DNA of 64,000 nt from Cyanophyceae cyanobacterium (lineage in GTDB: Bacteria; Cyanobacteriota; Cyanobacteriia; Cyanobacteriales; Laspinemataceae), in contig JBBQFN010000005.1 in the NCBI GenBank assembly GCA_038321985.1, positions 128,001 to 192,000 on the forward strand. Direction: 5' to 3'. This document shows positions 49,275 through 59,346 of the stretch, piece after piece; position 1 is the first letter of the stretch; each line of letters begins with the position of its first letter. The notes under the pieces were generated by a model. The model had not been told where the DNA came from and searched no databases. It saw nothing but the letters and a program-made list of their open reading frames with translations. Both the position numbers and the translations under genes were made by a program.

Positions 49275-51155
49275 GTGATGCCAAAGATTAACCTCCCTCA
49301 AGATCCCATCTCCGACCGAAATCTGAGCACCCCCTTGTTTTTCACCCTATCTAGATTTGCCTTGCCATCGAGTGATGGTACTTGTAAGTCCCTCCAAATC
49401 ACTCCCTTAATGGGCTTAACTCTAACCTTCTTATTATTTTTAGGTGTAAATGGGGGCGCACTCCTAGCACAAACGCCTAATCCGGGGGGAATTGATAGTC
49501 TCCCCGAGGGTTCTCAATTTCCCAATCCCCTGCCGCCGTCTAGCCCCCAGTTACCGGAACGTCCTCCGTTGCTACCCCCCCCGGAAGAACTTCTACAACC
49601 GCCTACTTCGGATCCTGATGCGCCACCTCTGCAAGTAGACCCCACGGGAGAAATTCCCGGGGAAATTGAAGTGCAGCGGTTTGAGGTGTTCGATAGTACG
49701 GTGTTTAGTAACGAAATCTGGGCGGAGATTTTAGCCCCGTTTACGGATCGACCCCTGTCCTTTGCCGAACTGTTGCAAGCGCGGACTGCGGTCACTCAAC
49801 GATACACTCAGGAAGGGTATATTACTTCAGGGGCGTTGATTCCTCCCCAAACCCTAGAAGATGGGGTGGTGAGAATTCAGGTGGTGGAAGGGGGATTAGA
49901 AGAAATTAATGTGACGGGGAATCAGCGATTGAGTCCCAATTATATTAGTTCTCGGTTGGCGATCGCCACGGAAAAACCCGTCAATATTGACAAACTTCTA
50001 GATGCCTTGCGCCTGTTACAACTAGATCCACGGATTGAAACTATCTCCGCCGAACTTGCAGCAGGGTCTCGCCCGGGTCAAAATGTACTAGATGTGCAAA
50101 TTACGGAGGCTTCGGCGGTTGGTAGCGAGTTTGTCTTAGATAATGGGCGATCGCCGAGTGTGGGGAGTTTTCGCCGTAAAGCAAGTGTTTACCACCGAAA
50201 CTTATTCGGGTTTGGGGATACCCTCAATCTCTCCTACACTAACACCGAAGGGAGTGATCAGTGGGATGTCGGCTACATTTTACCCATTAATGCCCACAAT
50301 GGCACATTTAGTGTCTCTCACGGTCGCACTCAGAGCGAAATTATCGAATCTCCCTTTGATCGCGTGGATATTGAAGCCAAATCTCGCAATACGGAATTTA
50401 CCTTGCGGCAACCGTTGGTGCAAAGTCCTACCCGAGAATTTGCGATGGGATTAACCTTCGCCCGCCGTTCCAGTGAAACTTCCATTTTAGGGGTTAATTT
50501 TCCCCTCTCTCCCGGGGCGAATGAGGATGGCGAAACGCGAATTTCTGCTTTCCGGTTCTTTCAAGAATGGACGGGACGAAGTTCTCGGGAAGTGTTAGCC
50601 GCGCGATCGCAGTTTAATCTTGGGGTGGGCTGGTTTGATGCCACGGTCAATTCTTCGGCCCCAGATAGTCGCTTTTTGAGTTGGCGGGGACAGGGACAAT
50701 GGTTGCGGGTTCTGGGTTCGGAAAACAGCGACCCCCAACGGTCCCCGACTTTGTTAGTCCGGGGTGATATCCAACTCGCTTCGCGATCGCTACTGCCTTT
50801 GGAACAATTTGGGTTAGGAGGGTTAGAAAGTGTGCGAGGCTATCGCCAAGATGCCTTATTGACGGATAATGGTGCGATCGCTTCTGCTGAACTCCGTATC
50901 CCTGTGTATCGCAAAAATTGGTTTGGGGTACAAGTGATCCCCTTTGTGGATGTGGGAACCGCTTGGAATAGCGATGGTGGAGACAATCCCGACCCAAATA
51001 CCCTCGCTTCGGCAGGACTGGGCTTACAGCTTGATTTTGGGGACCGCTTACGCGCCCGGTTAGATTGGGGGTATCCTTTGATAGACAATCCATCTCGGGA
51101 GAGGACATGGCAAGAAAACGGCTTTTATTTTTCCCTGATATCTACCCCATTTTAA
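49275..51155 (+). CDS. ShlB/FhaC/HecB family (TpsB/Omp85) outer-membrane transporter
   Basis: POTRA motif YTQEGYITSGA, VRIQVVEG, LGGLESVRGY, FVDVG, C-terminal Phe. Confidence 0.92.
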   Translation: MMPKINLPQDPISDRNLSTPLFFTLSRFALPSSDGTCKSLQITPLMGLTLTFLLFLGVNGGALLAQTPNPGGIDSLPEGSQFPNPLPPSSPQLPERPPLLPPPEELLQPPTSDPDAPPLQVDPTGEIPGEIEVQRFEVFDSTVFSNEIWAEILAPFTDRPLSFAELLQARTAVTQRYTQEGYITSGALIPPQTLEDGVVRIQVVEGGLEEINVTGNQRLSPNYISSRLAIATEKPVNIDKLLDALRLLQLDPRIETISAELAAGSRPGQNVLDVQITEASAVGSEFVLDNGRSPSVGSFRRKASVYHRNLFGFGDTLNLSYTNTEGSDQWDVGYILPINAHNGTFSVSHGRTQSEIIESPFDRVDIEAKSRNTEFTLRQPLVQSPTREFAMGLTFARRSSETSILGVNFPLSPGANEDGETRISAFRFFQEWTGRSSREVLAARSQFNLGVGWFDATVNSSAPDSRFLSWRGQGQWLRVLGSENSDPQRSPTLLVRGDIQLASRSLLPLEQFGLGGLESVRGYRQDALLTDNGAIASAELRIPVYRKNWFGVQVIPFVDVGTAWNSDGGDNPDPNTLASAGLGLQLDFGDRLRARLDWGYPLIDNPSRERTWQENGFYFSLISTPF

Positions 51156-51331
51156 CTGACGTGAGTCGGGATAATTCGGCTAAAGGCCGGGGTCGGAGAA
51201 AACTGTCTTGACGGGTTAGGGCCGCAGGGCCAGGGTTTCGCAACTGTAACCGCCTCCCTTGGCGATCGCTTATTTTTCTCATTCAGGGCTATTTTTTGGG
51301 TCTGATCGCACTTGTTACTCCAGAGTTATTT

Positions 51332-53926
51332 ATGAAAATGCTAAACTCCCAGCGAATGCCCTTATCTCAGTTAAAACGGGGACTGCTGTTATCTGTTGGC
51401 CTTTTTTTATTGGCATTCCCCACCCCTGCGATCGCCCAAACTGCGGAGGAGTGGGTTGAACAAGGACGTCAACTCTACCAATCCGGTGAGTTTTCAGCAG
51501 CGGCGGCGGTTTGGGAAACAGCGGCGAGTCACAGTGGTAGAGAAGGCGATCTGTTGCAGCAAGCGCTCGCCCTGAGCAATCTTTCCGCTGCATTACAAGA
51601 ATTGGGAGAGTGGGAGAGGGCAAAAGAGGCAGTCGCCCAAAGTCTAGCTTTGATTCAAAGTGAGTCTAACTCTCCCTCAGCAGTCCGGATACTCGCCCAG
51701 GTGCTCAATACCCGAGGCGGATTGGAATTTACCCTAGGACAAACAGAATCGGCGGTGACAACTTGGGAACAGGCGGCAGATGCCTACCGCCAAGCCGGGG
51801 AAAAATCCGGGGAGTATCGGGCATGGATTAACCAAGCGCGAGCTTTACAGGCATTAGGATTGTATCGGCGATCGGTAACTCGCTTAGAACAACTTCAAAC
51901 TTTGTTAGCCCAGGAAACCGATTCTCCGACTCAGGTAACCTCTCTGCTTGCCTTGGGGAATGCCTTACGCATGGTGGGGAATTTAGAACAATCCGAGAGT
52001 GTCTTACGGGAGAGTTTGGCAACTGCGCAACGGTTACAGTCCCCTGCCGCCATTAGCGAAAGTGCAGTCGCCTTAGGTAATACGGTCCAGGCCCGCAAAG
52101 ACGGGAAGTCTGCTCTAGCCTTGTATCAACAAGCAGCAGCAACGGCAGAATCACCAAGTACCCAGGTACAAGCCCGACTCAATGCCCTGTCTCTCTTAAT
52201 TGAAAATCCTCTAATTTTCTCCGATTCCGCCTCTCAATTGCTTATTCAAACCTTGATTCCCCAAATCCAGACCCAAATTGAAGGGTTGCCAGCCAGCCGG
52301 ATGACAGTGTATGCTCGAATTAAGTTTGCACAGAGTTGGGTGCAGTGGCATGAGGGTAAGTCCTCCATGAGTACGGTTCTGCCCGAGGCGGCTAAAATTT
52401 TAGCGACGGCAGTACAACAAGCCAAAAGTATAAGTGACCGCCGCGCTCAATCCTATGCTTTAGGGACTCTCGGGGCATTATACGAACGCGATCGCCCTGG
52501 GAAAGAAGCTCTAGGCTTAACTCAGCAGGCGTTGGAATTGGCCGAATATATCAATGCAGTAGATATTGCATATCGCTGGCAATGGCAACAGGGACGGTTA
52601 CTACAGGCCCAGGGCGATCGCCCTGGGGCAATCGTTGCCTATTCTCAAGCGGTAACCTCTTTGGAGTCTTTGCGCCAAGATTTAGTTACGACTAATCGGG
52701 AAGTCCAGTTTTCCTTTCGCGATAGTGTCGAACCTGTCTATCGAGAGTTAGTTGCTTTATTGTTAGACACGCGATCGCCCAATGGCAAAGCGACCCAAGT
52801 CGTCTCCCAGGAAAACCTCCAAAAAGCCTTACAGGCGATCGAATCCCTGAAGTTAGCCGAACTCGATAACTTTTTTCGCGATGCTTGTATCGATAGCAAT
52901 CCCATGGAACTGGATAAACAACAGGTTGACCCCACAGCCGCGATCATCTATCCGATCATCTTGGATGATCGCTTAGAAGTAATCGTTTCCCTCTCCAATC
53001 AACCCTTACAGCATTATTCAACCCCCTTATCCAAAGCGGAAATAGAACAAACCCTGATTACCTTGCGAAGAACTATAGTAACTCGCACTTCCCTGCAATA
53101 TCGGGTTTACGCCAACACCGTTTATAACTGGTTAATTGCCCCAATTCAAGATACTTTAGCCAACAGTGGGGTTAAAACTTTAGTCTTTGTTTCCGATGGA
53201 ATGTTTAGAAATATTCCAATGGCTGCCCTATATGACGGAAAACAATTTTTGTTAGAAAAATACAGCATTGCCGTCAGTCCCGGGCTCAAACTCACCGCAC
53301 CCCACCGCTTAAAACGAGGAACCTTAAAAGCTTTAACTGCCGGATTAACTCAAGAACGGTTTGGCTTCTCACGACTCCCAAATGTGGCGATCGAAATCCA
53401 GCAAATCAATGCCGCACTCCCGGGAATTATTCTCATGGATAACAGCTTTACCCGCGATACCTTACAACAACAGCTTTTAAAAACTCCCTTTCCCGTACTA
53501 CATATTGCCACCCACGGTCAGTTTAGCTCTAGTGCGGAAGATACTTTTATTCTCGCTTGGGATGATCGCATCAATGTGAATGAACTAGATACTTTACTCC
53601 GAGTGAGAAACCGCAGCAACAGTACCGATGACCTAGAATTACTGGTCCTCAGTGCCTGTCAAACCGCAAGCGGCGACGATCGCGCAGCTTTGGGACTAGC
53701 AGGAATGGCCGTTCGGGCCGGTGCACGCAGTACCCTTGCTACCCTCTGGTACATTGATGACGCAGCCACAGTTCCCCTGATGATTGATTTTTACCACTCC
53801 TTAAACCAATCCGATCTCACCAAAGCTGAGGCGTTGCGCCAAGCCCAACTCAAACTGTTGCAAAATCCTGATTATCAACATCCTATTTATTGGGCTGCTT
53901 ATCTGTTAGTCGGCAATTGGTTGTAA
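51332..53926 (+). CDS. Secreted TPR + CHAT (caspase-like) domain protein
   Basis: Signal peptide, TPRs, LHIATHG and LVLSACQT (His/Cys dyad intact), HPIYWAAY.LVGNWL; ORF open from 51296. Confidence 0.92.
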   Translation: MKMLNSQRMPLSQLKRGLLLSVGLFLLAFPTPAIAQTAEEWVEQGRQLYQSGEFSAAAAVWETAASHSGREGDLLQQALALSNLSAALQELGEWERAKEAVAQSLALIQSESNSPSAVRILAQVLNTRGGLEFTLGQTESAVTTWEQAADAYRQAGEKSGEYRAWINQARALQALGLYRRSVTRLEQLQTLLAQETDSPTQVTSLLALGNALRMVGNLEQSESVLRESLATAQRLQSPAAISESAVALGNTVQARKDGKSALALYQQAAATAESPSTQVQARLNALSLLIENPLIFSDSASQLLIQTLIPQIQTQIEGLPASRMTVYARIKFAQSWVQWHEGKSSMSTVLPEAAKILATAVQQAKSISDRRAQSYALGTLGALYERDRPGKEALGLTQQALELAEYINAVDIAYRWQWQQGRLLQAQGDRPGAIVAYSQAVTSLESLRQDLVTTNREVQFSFRDSVEPVYRELVALLLDTRSPNGKATQVVSQENLQKALQAIESLKLAELDNFFRDACIDSNPMELDKQQVDPTAAIIYPIILDDRLEVIVSLSNQPLQHYSTPLSKAEIEQTLITLRRTIVTRTSLQYRVYANTVYNWLIAPIQDTLANSGVKTLVFVSDGMFRNIPMAALYDGKQFLLEKYSIAVSPGLKLTAPHRLKRGTLKALTAGLTQERFGFSRLPNVAIEIQQINAALPGIILMDNSFTRDTLQQQLLKTPFPVLHIATHGQFSSSAEDTFILAWDDRINVNELDTLLRVRNRSNSTDDLELLVLSACQTASGDDRAALGLAGMAVRAGARSTLATLWYIDDAATVPLMIDFYHSLNQSDLTKAEALRQAQLKLLQNPDYQHPIYWAAYLLVGNWL

Positions 53927-54023
53927 ACTAGAGAAAGGTTTATCCTTTTAAACCTGTCAATATTTCAGGAGAACTTGGCATCCCACAGGTTATTCCCTCT
54001 GCAACTGCCTAAAGGTCTCCAAA

Positions 54024-54563
54024 GTGGAACTTCTAAAAATGCTAGACCCGTTATTAAATTTAATTATTATTGGTCTACCTCGACTCGCTGCCAGCCTGGT
54101 GATTGTCATCAGCTTTGGGTTTGCGAGTGCCTTGTTACGAAAGCTGATTCGCCGCCTCAGTACAACCAGCAATTTAAGTCTAGATGCCTTAAAATTGCTG
54201 GAACAAACCCTCGTTAGCACAGTTTGGATTCTGGGTATCGTCACCGCCCTGGGAACCCTAGGTATTGATGTTTCTGCCTTAATTGCCGGATTGGGTCTGA
54301 CCGGGTTTGCGGTGGGGTTGGCCTTAAAAGATATCCTCTCTAATCTCGTCTCGGGGGCTTTGATTTTAATTTATCGTCCCTTCCGACGTCGCGATCGCAT
54401 TGCAGTCGGAAATTTTGAAGGGACGGTGATTGATATTGACTTACGTTATACCACCCTTCAAGGAGAAAGCAAAAAAATCTTAATTCCCAACTCTTATTTA
54501 TTTACCAATACCATTTGTGTGATTCAAGACTCCGGTGTTAAAATTATTACAAAAACCTATTGA
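54024..54563 (+). CDS. Small MscS-family mechanosensitive channel
   Basis: LGIDVSALIAGLGLTGFAVGLALKDILSNLVSG, RPF..DRI, IPNS. Confidence 0.88.
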   Translation: MELLKMLDPLLNLIIIGLPRLAASLVIVISFGFASALLRKLIRRLSTTSNLSLDALKLLEQTLVSTVWILGIVTALGTLGIDVSALIAGLGLTGFAVGLALKDILSNLVSGALILIYRPFRRRDRIAVGNFEGTVIDIDLRYTTLQGESKKILIPNSYLFTNTICVIQDSGVKIITKTY

Positions 54564-54865
54564 TTTTTCTTAAACCCTGTTCTACGTGCTAACCCAGACG
54601 CTTTGTGAACGCGAACACCAATACACGCCAAAAATCTACCTCCTAAACGAGTCCCAGGCTATCAATATTTACTAGAAAACAATTCTTATTCGGGGAATTG
54701 AGTATATTTTTCAGAGAAACTGGGCTTCGGAAATGGTAAGAGTACCCTCGCATCTGAGGTGAACAGGCGACTATCTAAAGTCGGAAGGGTAGGGCGAAAA
54801 AATGATATAATCTCAAATAAATCTAAAACTGTACCCGTTACCCTAGACTATCTAAGCCCTTAAAA

Positions 54866-55180
54866 ATGGTAAACTCCCTCAATCGCCTGTTAGGTCGTCA
54901 CCCAGAAAACATCAAAGCCTATGTAGAAATCTACACTTGGCAAACCTGTCCCTACTGCATTCGGGCTAAAGTCCTCCTGAAGTGGAAAGGGGTCAAGTTC
55001 ACCGAATATAAAATTGATGGCAATGGTGCCGCGCGAGTAAAAATGGCAGAACGTGCCAATGGACGCCGCAGCGTTCCCCAGATTTTTATCAACGATCGCC
55101 ATATCGGGGGATGTGATGATCTGTATGAACTCGATACAAAAGCACAGTTAGATCCCCTACTAATCCTGGCACCCAATTAA
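54866..55180 (+). CDS. grxC: Dithiol glutaredoxin 3
   Basis: CPYC, SVPQIFI, GGCDD. Confidence 0.93.
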   Translation: MVNSLNRLLGRHPENIKAYVEIYTWQTCPYCIRAKVLLKWKGVKFTEYKIDGNGAARVKMAERANGRRSVPQIFINDRHIGGCDDLYELDTKAQLDPLLILAPN

Positions 55181-55256
55181 TTTAAGGGGGACCATTCCTC
55201 CCGAGATGAACTCCATTTAACATCTGTCCCCAAAGTTAACCCAACCCCCAAAAACT

Positions 55257-55670
55257 ATGACTTATTTTTTTATTTATGACGGTAACTGCAACCTTTGTGT
55301 GAGTGTTGTCCAGCTTTTAGAAACATTCGACAAAGGAGACATTTTCCGGTACATTCCCATGCAGGATGAAACCAGTCTCTCCCGCCTGGGTGTGACCCCA
55401 AAAGACTGCGAACAAGGCATGATTTTAATCGATGCTGACTCCCCGGAACGACGGTGGCAGGGAAGTGAGGCGGCAGAAGAACTGGGGAATATATTACCCG
55501 GAGGCAGCCTATTCGTCAGCGCCTATCGCGCACTTCCTGGGATGAAATGGACCGGAGATCGCCTCTATGAACAAATCCGGGATAATCGTTATCAACTCTT
55601 TGGTCAACGAACGGATACCTATCACTCTAGTTATCCCGGCGACTGCGAAACCTGTAATTATCCAAGGTAA
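55257..55670 (+). CDS. DCC1-like thiol-disulfide oxidoreductase (DUF393)
   Basis: YDGNCNLC (DxxCxxC), Y.QIRDNRY.LFG. Confidence 0.9.
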   Translation: MTYFFIYDGNCNLCVSVVQLLETFDKGDIFRYIPMQDETSLSRLGVTPKDCEQGMILIDADSPERRWQGSEAAEELGNILPGGSLFVSAYRALPGMKWTGDRLYEQIRDNRYQLFGQRTDTYHSSYPGDCETCNYPR

Positions 55671-55675
55671 TCCTA

Positions 55676-56167
55676 GTGGTGCAAGACCCGCAGTATCTTA
55701 TACACCGGGACTGGATGAGTCAGGCGATCGCTCTCGCCCAAGCTGCCGCAGAGGCTGGAGAAGTTCCCGTGGGTGCGATCGTTCTAGACTCTTCTGGAAA
55801 GGCAGTCGCTCAAACCCAAAACCGTAGAGAACGAGACAACGACCCCACCGCCCATGCCGAAATTCTTGCCCTGCGTGCAGCGGGTCAAATGTTACAGAAT
55901 TGGCATTTGAACGGCTGCACGCTCTATGTTACCCTAGAACCCTGTCCTATGTGCGCCGGGGCGATCGCTCAATCTCGTCTGAGTCTCCTCGTCTATGGTG
56001 CTGACGACCCTAAAAGCGGCGCAATTCGCACCGTTCTCAATATTCCCGATAGTCCTGCTTCCTTTCACCGTTTATCCGTCCTAGGCGGCATTTTAGAATC
56101 CCCCTGTCGAGAGCAATTACAATCCTGGTTCTCTCAGCGCCGACAGCCCCCGGTAACAAGGTCCTGA
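55676..56167 (+). CDS. tadA: tRNA adenosine(34) deaminase
   Basis: EVPVGA, DPTAHAE, LEPCPMCAGA. Confidence 0.93.
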   Translation: MVQDPQYLIHRDWMSQAIALAQAAAEAGEVPVGAIVLDSSGKAVAQTQNRRERDNDPTAHAEILALRAAGQMLQNWHLNGCTLYVTLEPCPMCAGAIAQSRLSLLVYGADDPKSGAIRTVLNIPDSPASFHRLSVLGGILESPCREQLQSWFSQRRQPPVTRS

Positions 56168-56512
56168 ATTACCGGGGCGATCGCCCTGGGCCAAATTTTT
56201 AAACACAGAATATCTCGGGTCAGGGCATATTTGATTCTATCTGAATGGTTGCATTAGGACAGTCTTAAAACTGTCCCTTTATTCCCGTTTCTGATTAAAT
56301 ATTTTCAGTACAATAGACTAAATATTGGGAAGAAAATTCCCGCAATAAGTTGTTATAAATAAAGGGTAAGATAGTTTTATGTTATCTCTAAGCCGTAGTG
56401 AATTATAAATTATTTAAAAAAAATATATTATTTTTTCAATAAAATCAATTAAAAAATCCGTTTAACTTTTAAAATTACTTGGTAATTTTACCTTCAATTC
56501 CCTAGAAATACC

Positions 56513-57217
56513 ATGCAGAATCAAACAGTTAATCCTCTGGCTCAATCCGATAAAAATCAACTCGTGAGTTCTAAAGTTTCCCCTTGGTTAGCCAGTGCAC
56601 TTTATCCCTTAGGTCGTTTTATTGTTCTCCCTGCCTACTTTAAAAATATTGAAGTAATCGGGCGAGAAAATCTCCCTACCTCTGGACCCACCATCCTTGC
56701 TCCGACCCATCGCTCTCGATGGGATGGGATTCTAGTCGCTTATGCCACAGGCCGACATATCACGGGACGCGACTTACGATATATGGTCTCTATTGATGAA
56801 TTTAAAGGAATTGAGGGTTGGTTAATTCCCCGTTTAGGTGGATTTCCCATTGATAGAAAACGTCCGGGGATTGCGAGTTTACGCCACGGAGTCGAACTCC
56901 TCCAATCGGGCCAAATGTTGGCAATTTTCCCCGAAGGTGCTATTTTTCAAGATGATGAAATTCACCCCCTCAAACCTGGATTAGCGCGACTCGCGATTCA
57001 AGCCGAATCCCTCCAGCCCAATTTGGGCGTAAAAATTGTTCCTATGAGTTTGGAGTATCAACCGACGATTCCCGAGTGGCGATCGCAGGTTAAAATTATA
57101 ATTGCCCCTCCCTTAGAAGTTTCGGGTTATTGCCTAGATACCCCTAAAGAGAGCGGAAATCAACTGACAGCCGATTTAGAAACAGCACTGCGGGCGATCG
57201 GTCAAAATCCGGGGTAA
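56513..57217 (+). CDS. Lysophospholipid (1-acyl-G3P) acyltransferase, PlsC family
   Basis: THRSRWD (HX4D), FPIDR, IFPEG. Confidence 0.9.
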   Translation: MQNQTVNPLAQSDKNQLVSSKVSPWLASALYPLGRFIVLPAYFKNIEVIGRENLPTSGPTILAPTHRSRWDGILVAYATGRHITGRDLRYMVSIDEFKGIEGWLIPRLGGFPIDRKRPGIASLRHGVELLQSGQMLAIFPEGAIFQDDEIHPLKPGLARLAIQAESLQPNLGVKIVPMSLEYQPTIPEWRSQVKIIIAPPLEVSGYCLDTPKESGNQLTADLETALRAIGQNPG

Positions 57218-57390
57218 CTCGTCGGCCATTTTATCCCTTTATCACGAGAAAGATAACGGGTCACGGAAACTGAATGCCTTGTTATTAATTATAAAAAAGT
57301 GGGGTGGTTAAGTAACCACCCAATCGATTCTATTCACTTTTACCCTAACCTGCTTAGGCTAACTGCATCCAGTGAAGCAGAATGAATCCC

Positions 57391-58596
57391 TTAACCCGCC
57401 CCTAAGATGTCCGGGGATACCGCTTGAAACATCCCGTTTAACTCGAACGGATTTACATTTAAAACAATCCCTAAAATTTCATTGGTGCTGTTGATTTGGA
57501 TGACTGCATCAGGCACCTGATTGCCATCTACATTAACGAAACGCTGATAGCTAATATCATTTTCAGTCAACCCATCAGTCAAGCCGATGCGATCGCCCTC
57601 TGCGCGGTTAAAATCGGTAATGTGATCGGCGAACTGCGGGTCCACCACCCCAACAGCGGTATCTCGACGCAGAACGAACAAATCGCCCCCTGTGCCTCCC
57701 CTGAGAACGTCAGGACCAAAATCGCCGATTAAAAAATCATCCCCAGCTTCGCCATATAGATAATCTTTGCCTTTACCCCCGCGAACAATATCGTTGCCAT
57801 CGCCGCCAAAAACAACATCCTTATCATTATTGCCATTGATGACGTCATTAGCAGCGCTGCCATAGAGTTCATCCTCGCCTTTGCCGCCGCGTAAAAAGTT
57901 ATTTCCCCCGGTCCCGTAGATGCGATCGCGACCCGCATTGCCATTGACGACTTCACCGGAGGCGGAACCGATGATGATATCATCTCCATCTAATGCCCGT
58001 AGTCCTAATGGGTAGGCATTCACCGCCCCAGGAGCCAATTGAACGCGCTCGACATTGGCGGTGAGGTCAAAAAATCCCTGACTGTTGGAAGTTAAGGGTT
58101 CAGAAAGGAGGGTGACTCCCTCAACCGGAGGGGCGCTCGGAGTCCGGGGGATCAGGTCTTCTAGGCTGATCGGATCCTCAATTATAAGGGGAGTCGCAAA
58201 AACTTGGGTCCAATAATGGGAGAAATTAATATTGCCGGTATCATTTCCCTGAAAATGATAGCCCACACCAATTTCGGTCACGTTTGGATTGAGGATATTG
58301 ACCCGGTGTTCGGGACTATTCATCCAGTCAAGGACTACTTGTTCCGGTGTCGGTTGACCCCCCGCTACGTTTTCAGCAACCGTCTGGTAGTTGTACCCTT
58401 GACTTGTTACGCGATCGGCTGCCAACGATCCATCCAACGGATTGGTATGGTCCATAAAATCGCGCATTCCCATATTGGCGCTATGGACTTGTGCTGCCGC
58501 CGCTAATTGCGGATTGAACGTAAGAGGGGCTAAACCCTGTTGCGCGCGCTCTACGTTGGTCAGTTCGACAACACGATTGAGAAATGCTGAAGTCAT
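57391..58596 (-). CDS. CAP (SCP) domain protein with RTX Ca2+-binding repeats
   Basis: LTNVER, AENVA, WMNSPEHRVNIL, YWTQVF; then GGxGxD nonapeptide repeats. Confidence 0.92.
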   Translation of the reverse strand: MTSAFLNRVVELTNVERAQQGLAPLTFNPQLAAAAQVHSANMGMRDFMDHTNPLDGSLAADRVTSQGYNYQTVAENVAGGQPTPEQVVLDWMNSPEHRVNILNPNVTEIGVGYHFQGNDTGNINFSHYWTQVFATPLIIEDPISLEDLIPRTPSAPPVEGVTLLSEPLTSNSQGFFDLTANVERVQLAPGAVNAYPLGLRALDGDDIIIGSASGEVVNGNAGRDRIYGTGGNNFLRGGKGEDELYGSAANDVINGNNDKDVVFGGDGNDIVRGGKGKDYLYGEAGDDFLIGDFGPDVLRGGTGGDLFVLRRDTAVGVVDPQFADHITDFNRAEGDRIGLTDGLTENDISYQRFVNVDGNQVPDAVIQINSTNEILGIVLNVNPFELNGMFQAVSPDILGAG

Positions 58597-59346
58597 CTAT
58601 CTACTCCTGGTGTACATTACCTGCCTCCCGGATAGGTTGAGTTGCGATGAATGTGCTAACTCAACCCCGGTCGGTTCGAGAAAAATGGTCAAGCTAAACG
58701 CTCCCGTTCCTCCTGTGGTCTGCTGGATCGGTGGGTTTGACTGTATTGGACTAACTCTCACTCCATGTGCTATAACAAGGGAGTTCATGGGTGAAATATT
58801 AACGATTCTGCCCCAAATGCTGGGATAGTTACGCCCCTAGATAAGCGGTAGCCGTAACAAGTATAACATCCGTGAACCTCTCCCTGTTTCCTATATTTTT
58901 TGAGTTTCGTTTTTAGTTCTTGAATTTACTTTAAGTGAATAGATAAGACCTGTCAAGACTAAATATATAAATCTTTGTTAAAGCAGCAAACTTAAAAAAA
59001 GTTAATTTAATTCGGACTGATTTGCAAAAGGAAATTGATCGCAATCCCTTACAGGTGCGATCGCGATCACAGACAATTGACAGATAATTACTGATTCTTT
59101 GTTAGCTTCCTAGAAAGGCCGGAAGAATCGCCGCAGATTTTCCCAATTATATGCAAAATTGATTTAATCGAATCTCACTTAAACAACTGCATCATTGCTA
59201 AAATAATCTGATGCTGTCAGGTAGAGAAAAGGTAAGAAGATCGCCTGAAGCTGAATCTCTTTGAGAAATTTACAGCCCACATAAAACAGGGGGAGAATAG
59301 GCCCGAAACTCAACCCCCTCCCCCTTTATCCTGCCTTCGACGGGGA

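Noticed and set aside
49087..49275. 62-aa ORF upstream of the TpsB gene
   Set aside because: TTG start, no clear RBS or motif; cannot be supported from sequence alone
51225..51255. Cobalamin riboswitch-like CGCAACTGTAA
   Set aside because: Lacks the GGGAA/GGTG-AA-TCC core and the downstream AG(C/T)CAG element; context is not B12-related
54672..54690. Fur/PerR-like box CTAGAAAACAATTCTTATT upstream of grxC
   Set aside because: Only a partial match in AT-rich DNA and far from the likely promoter
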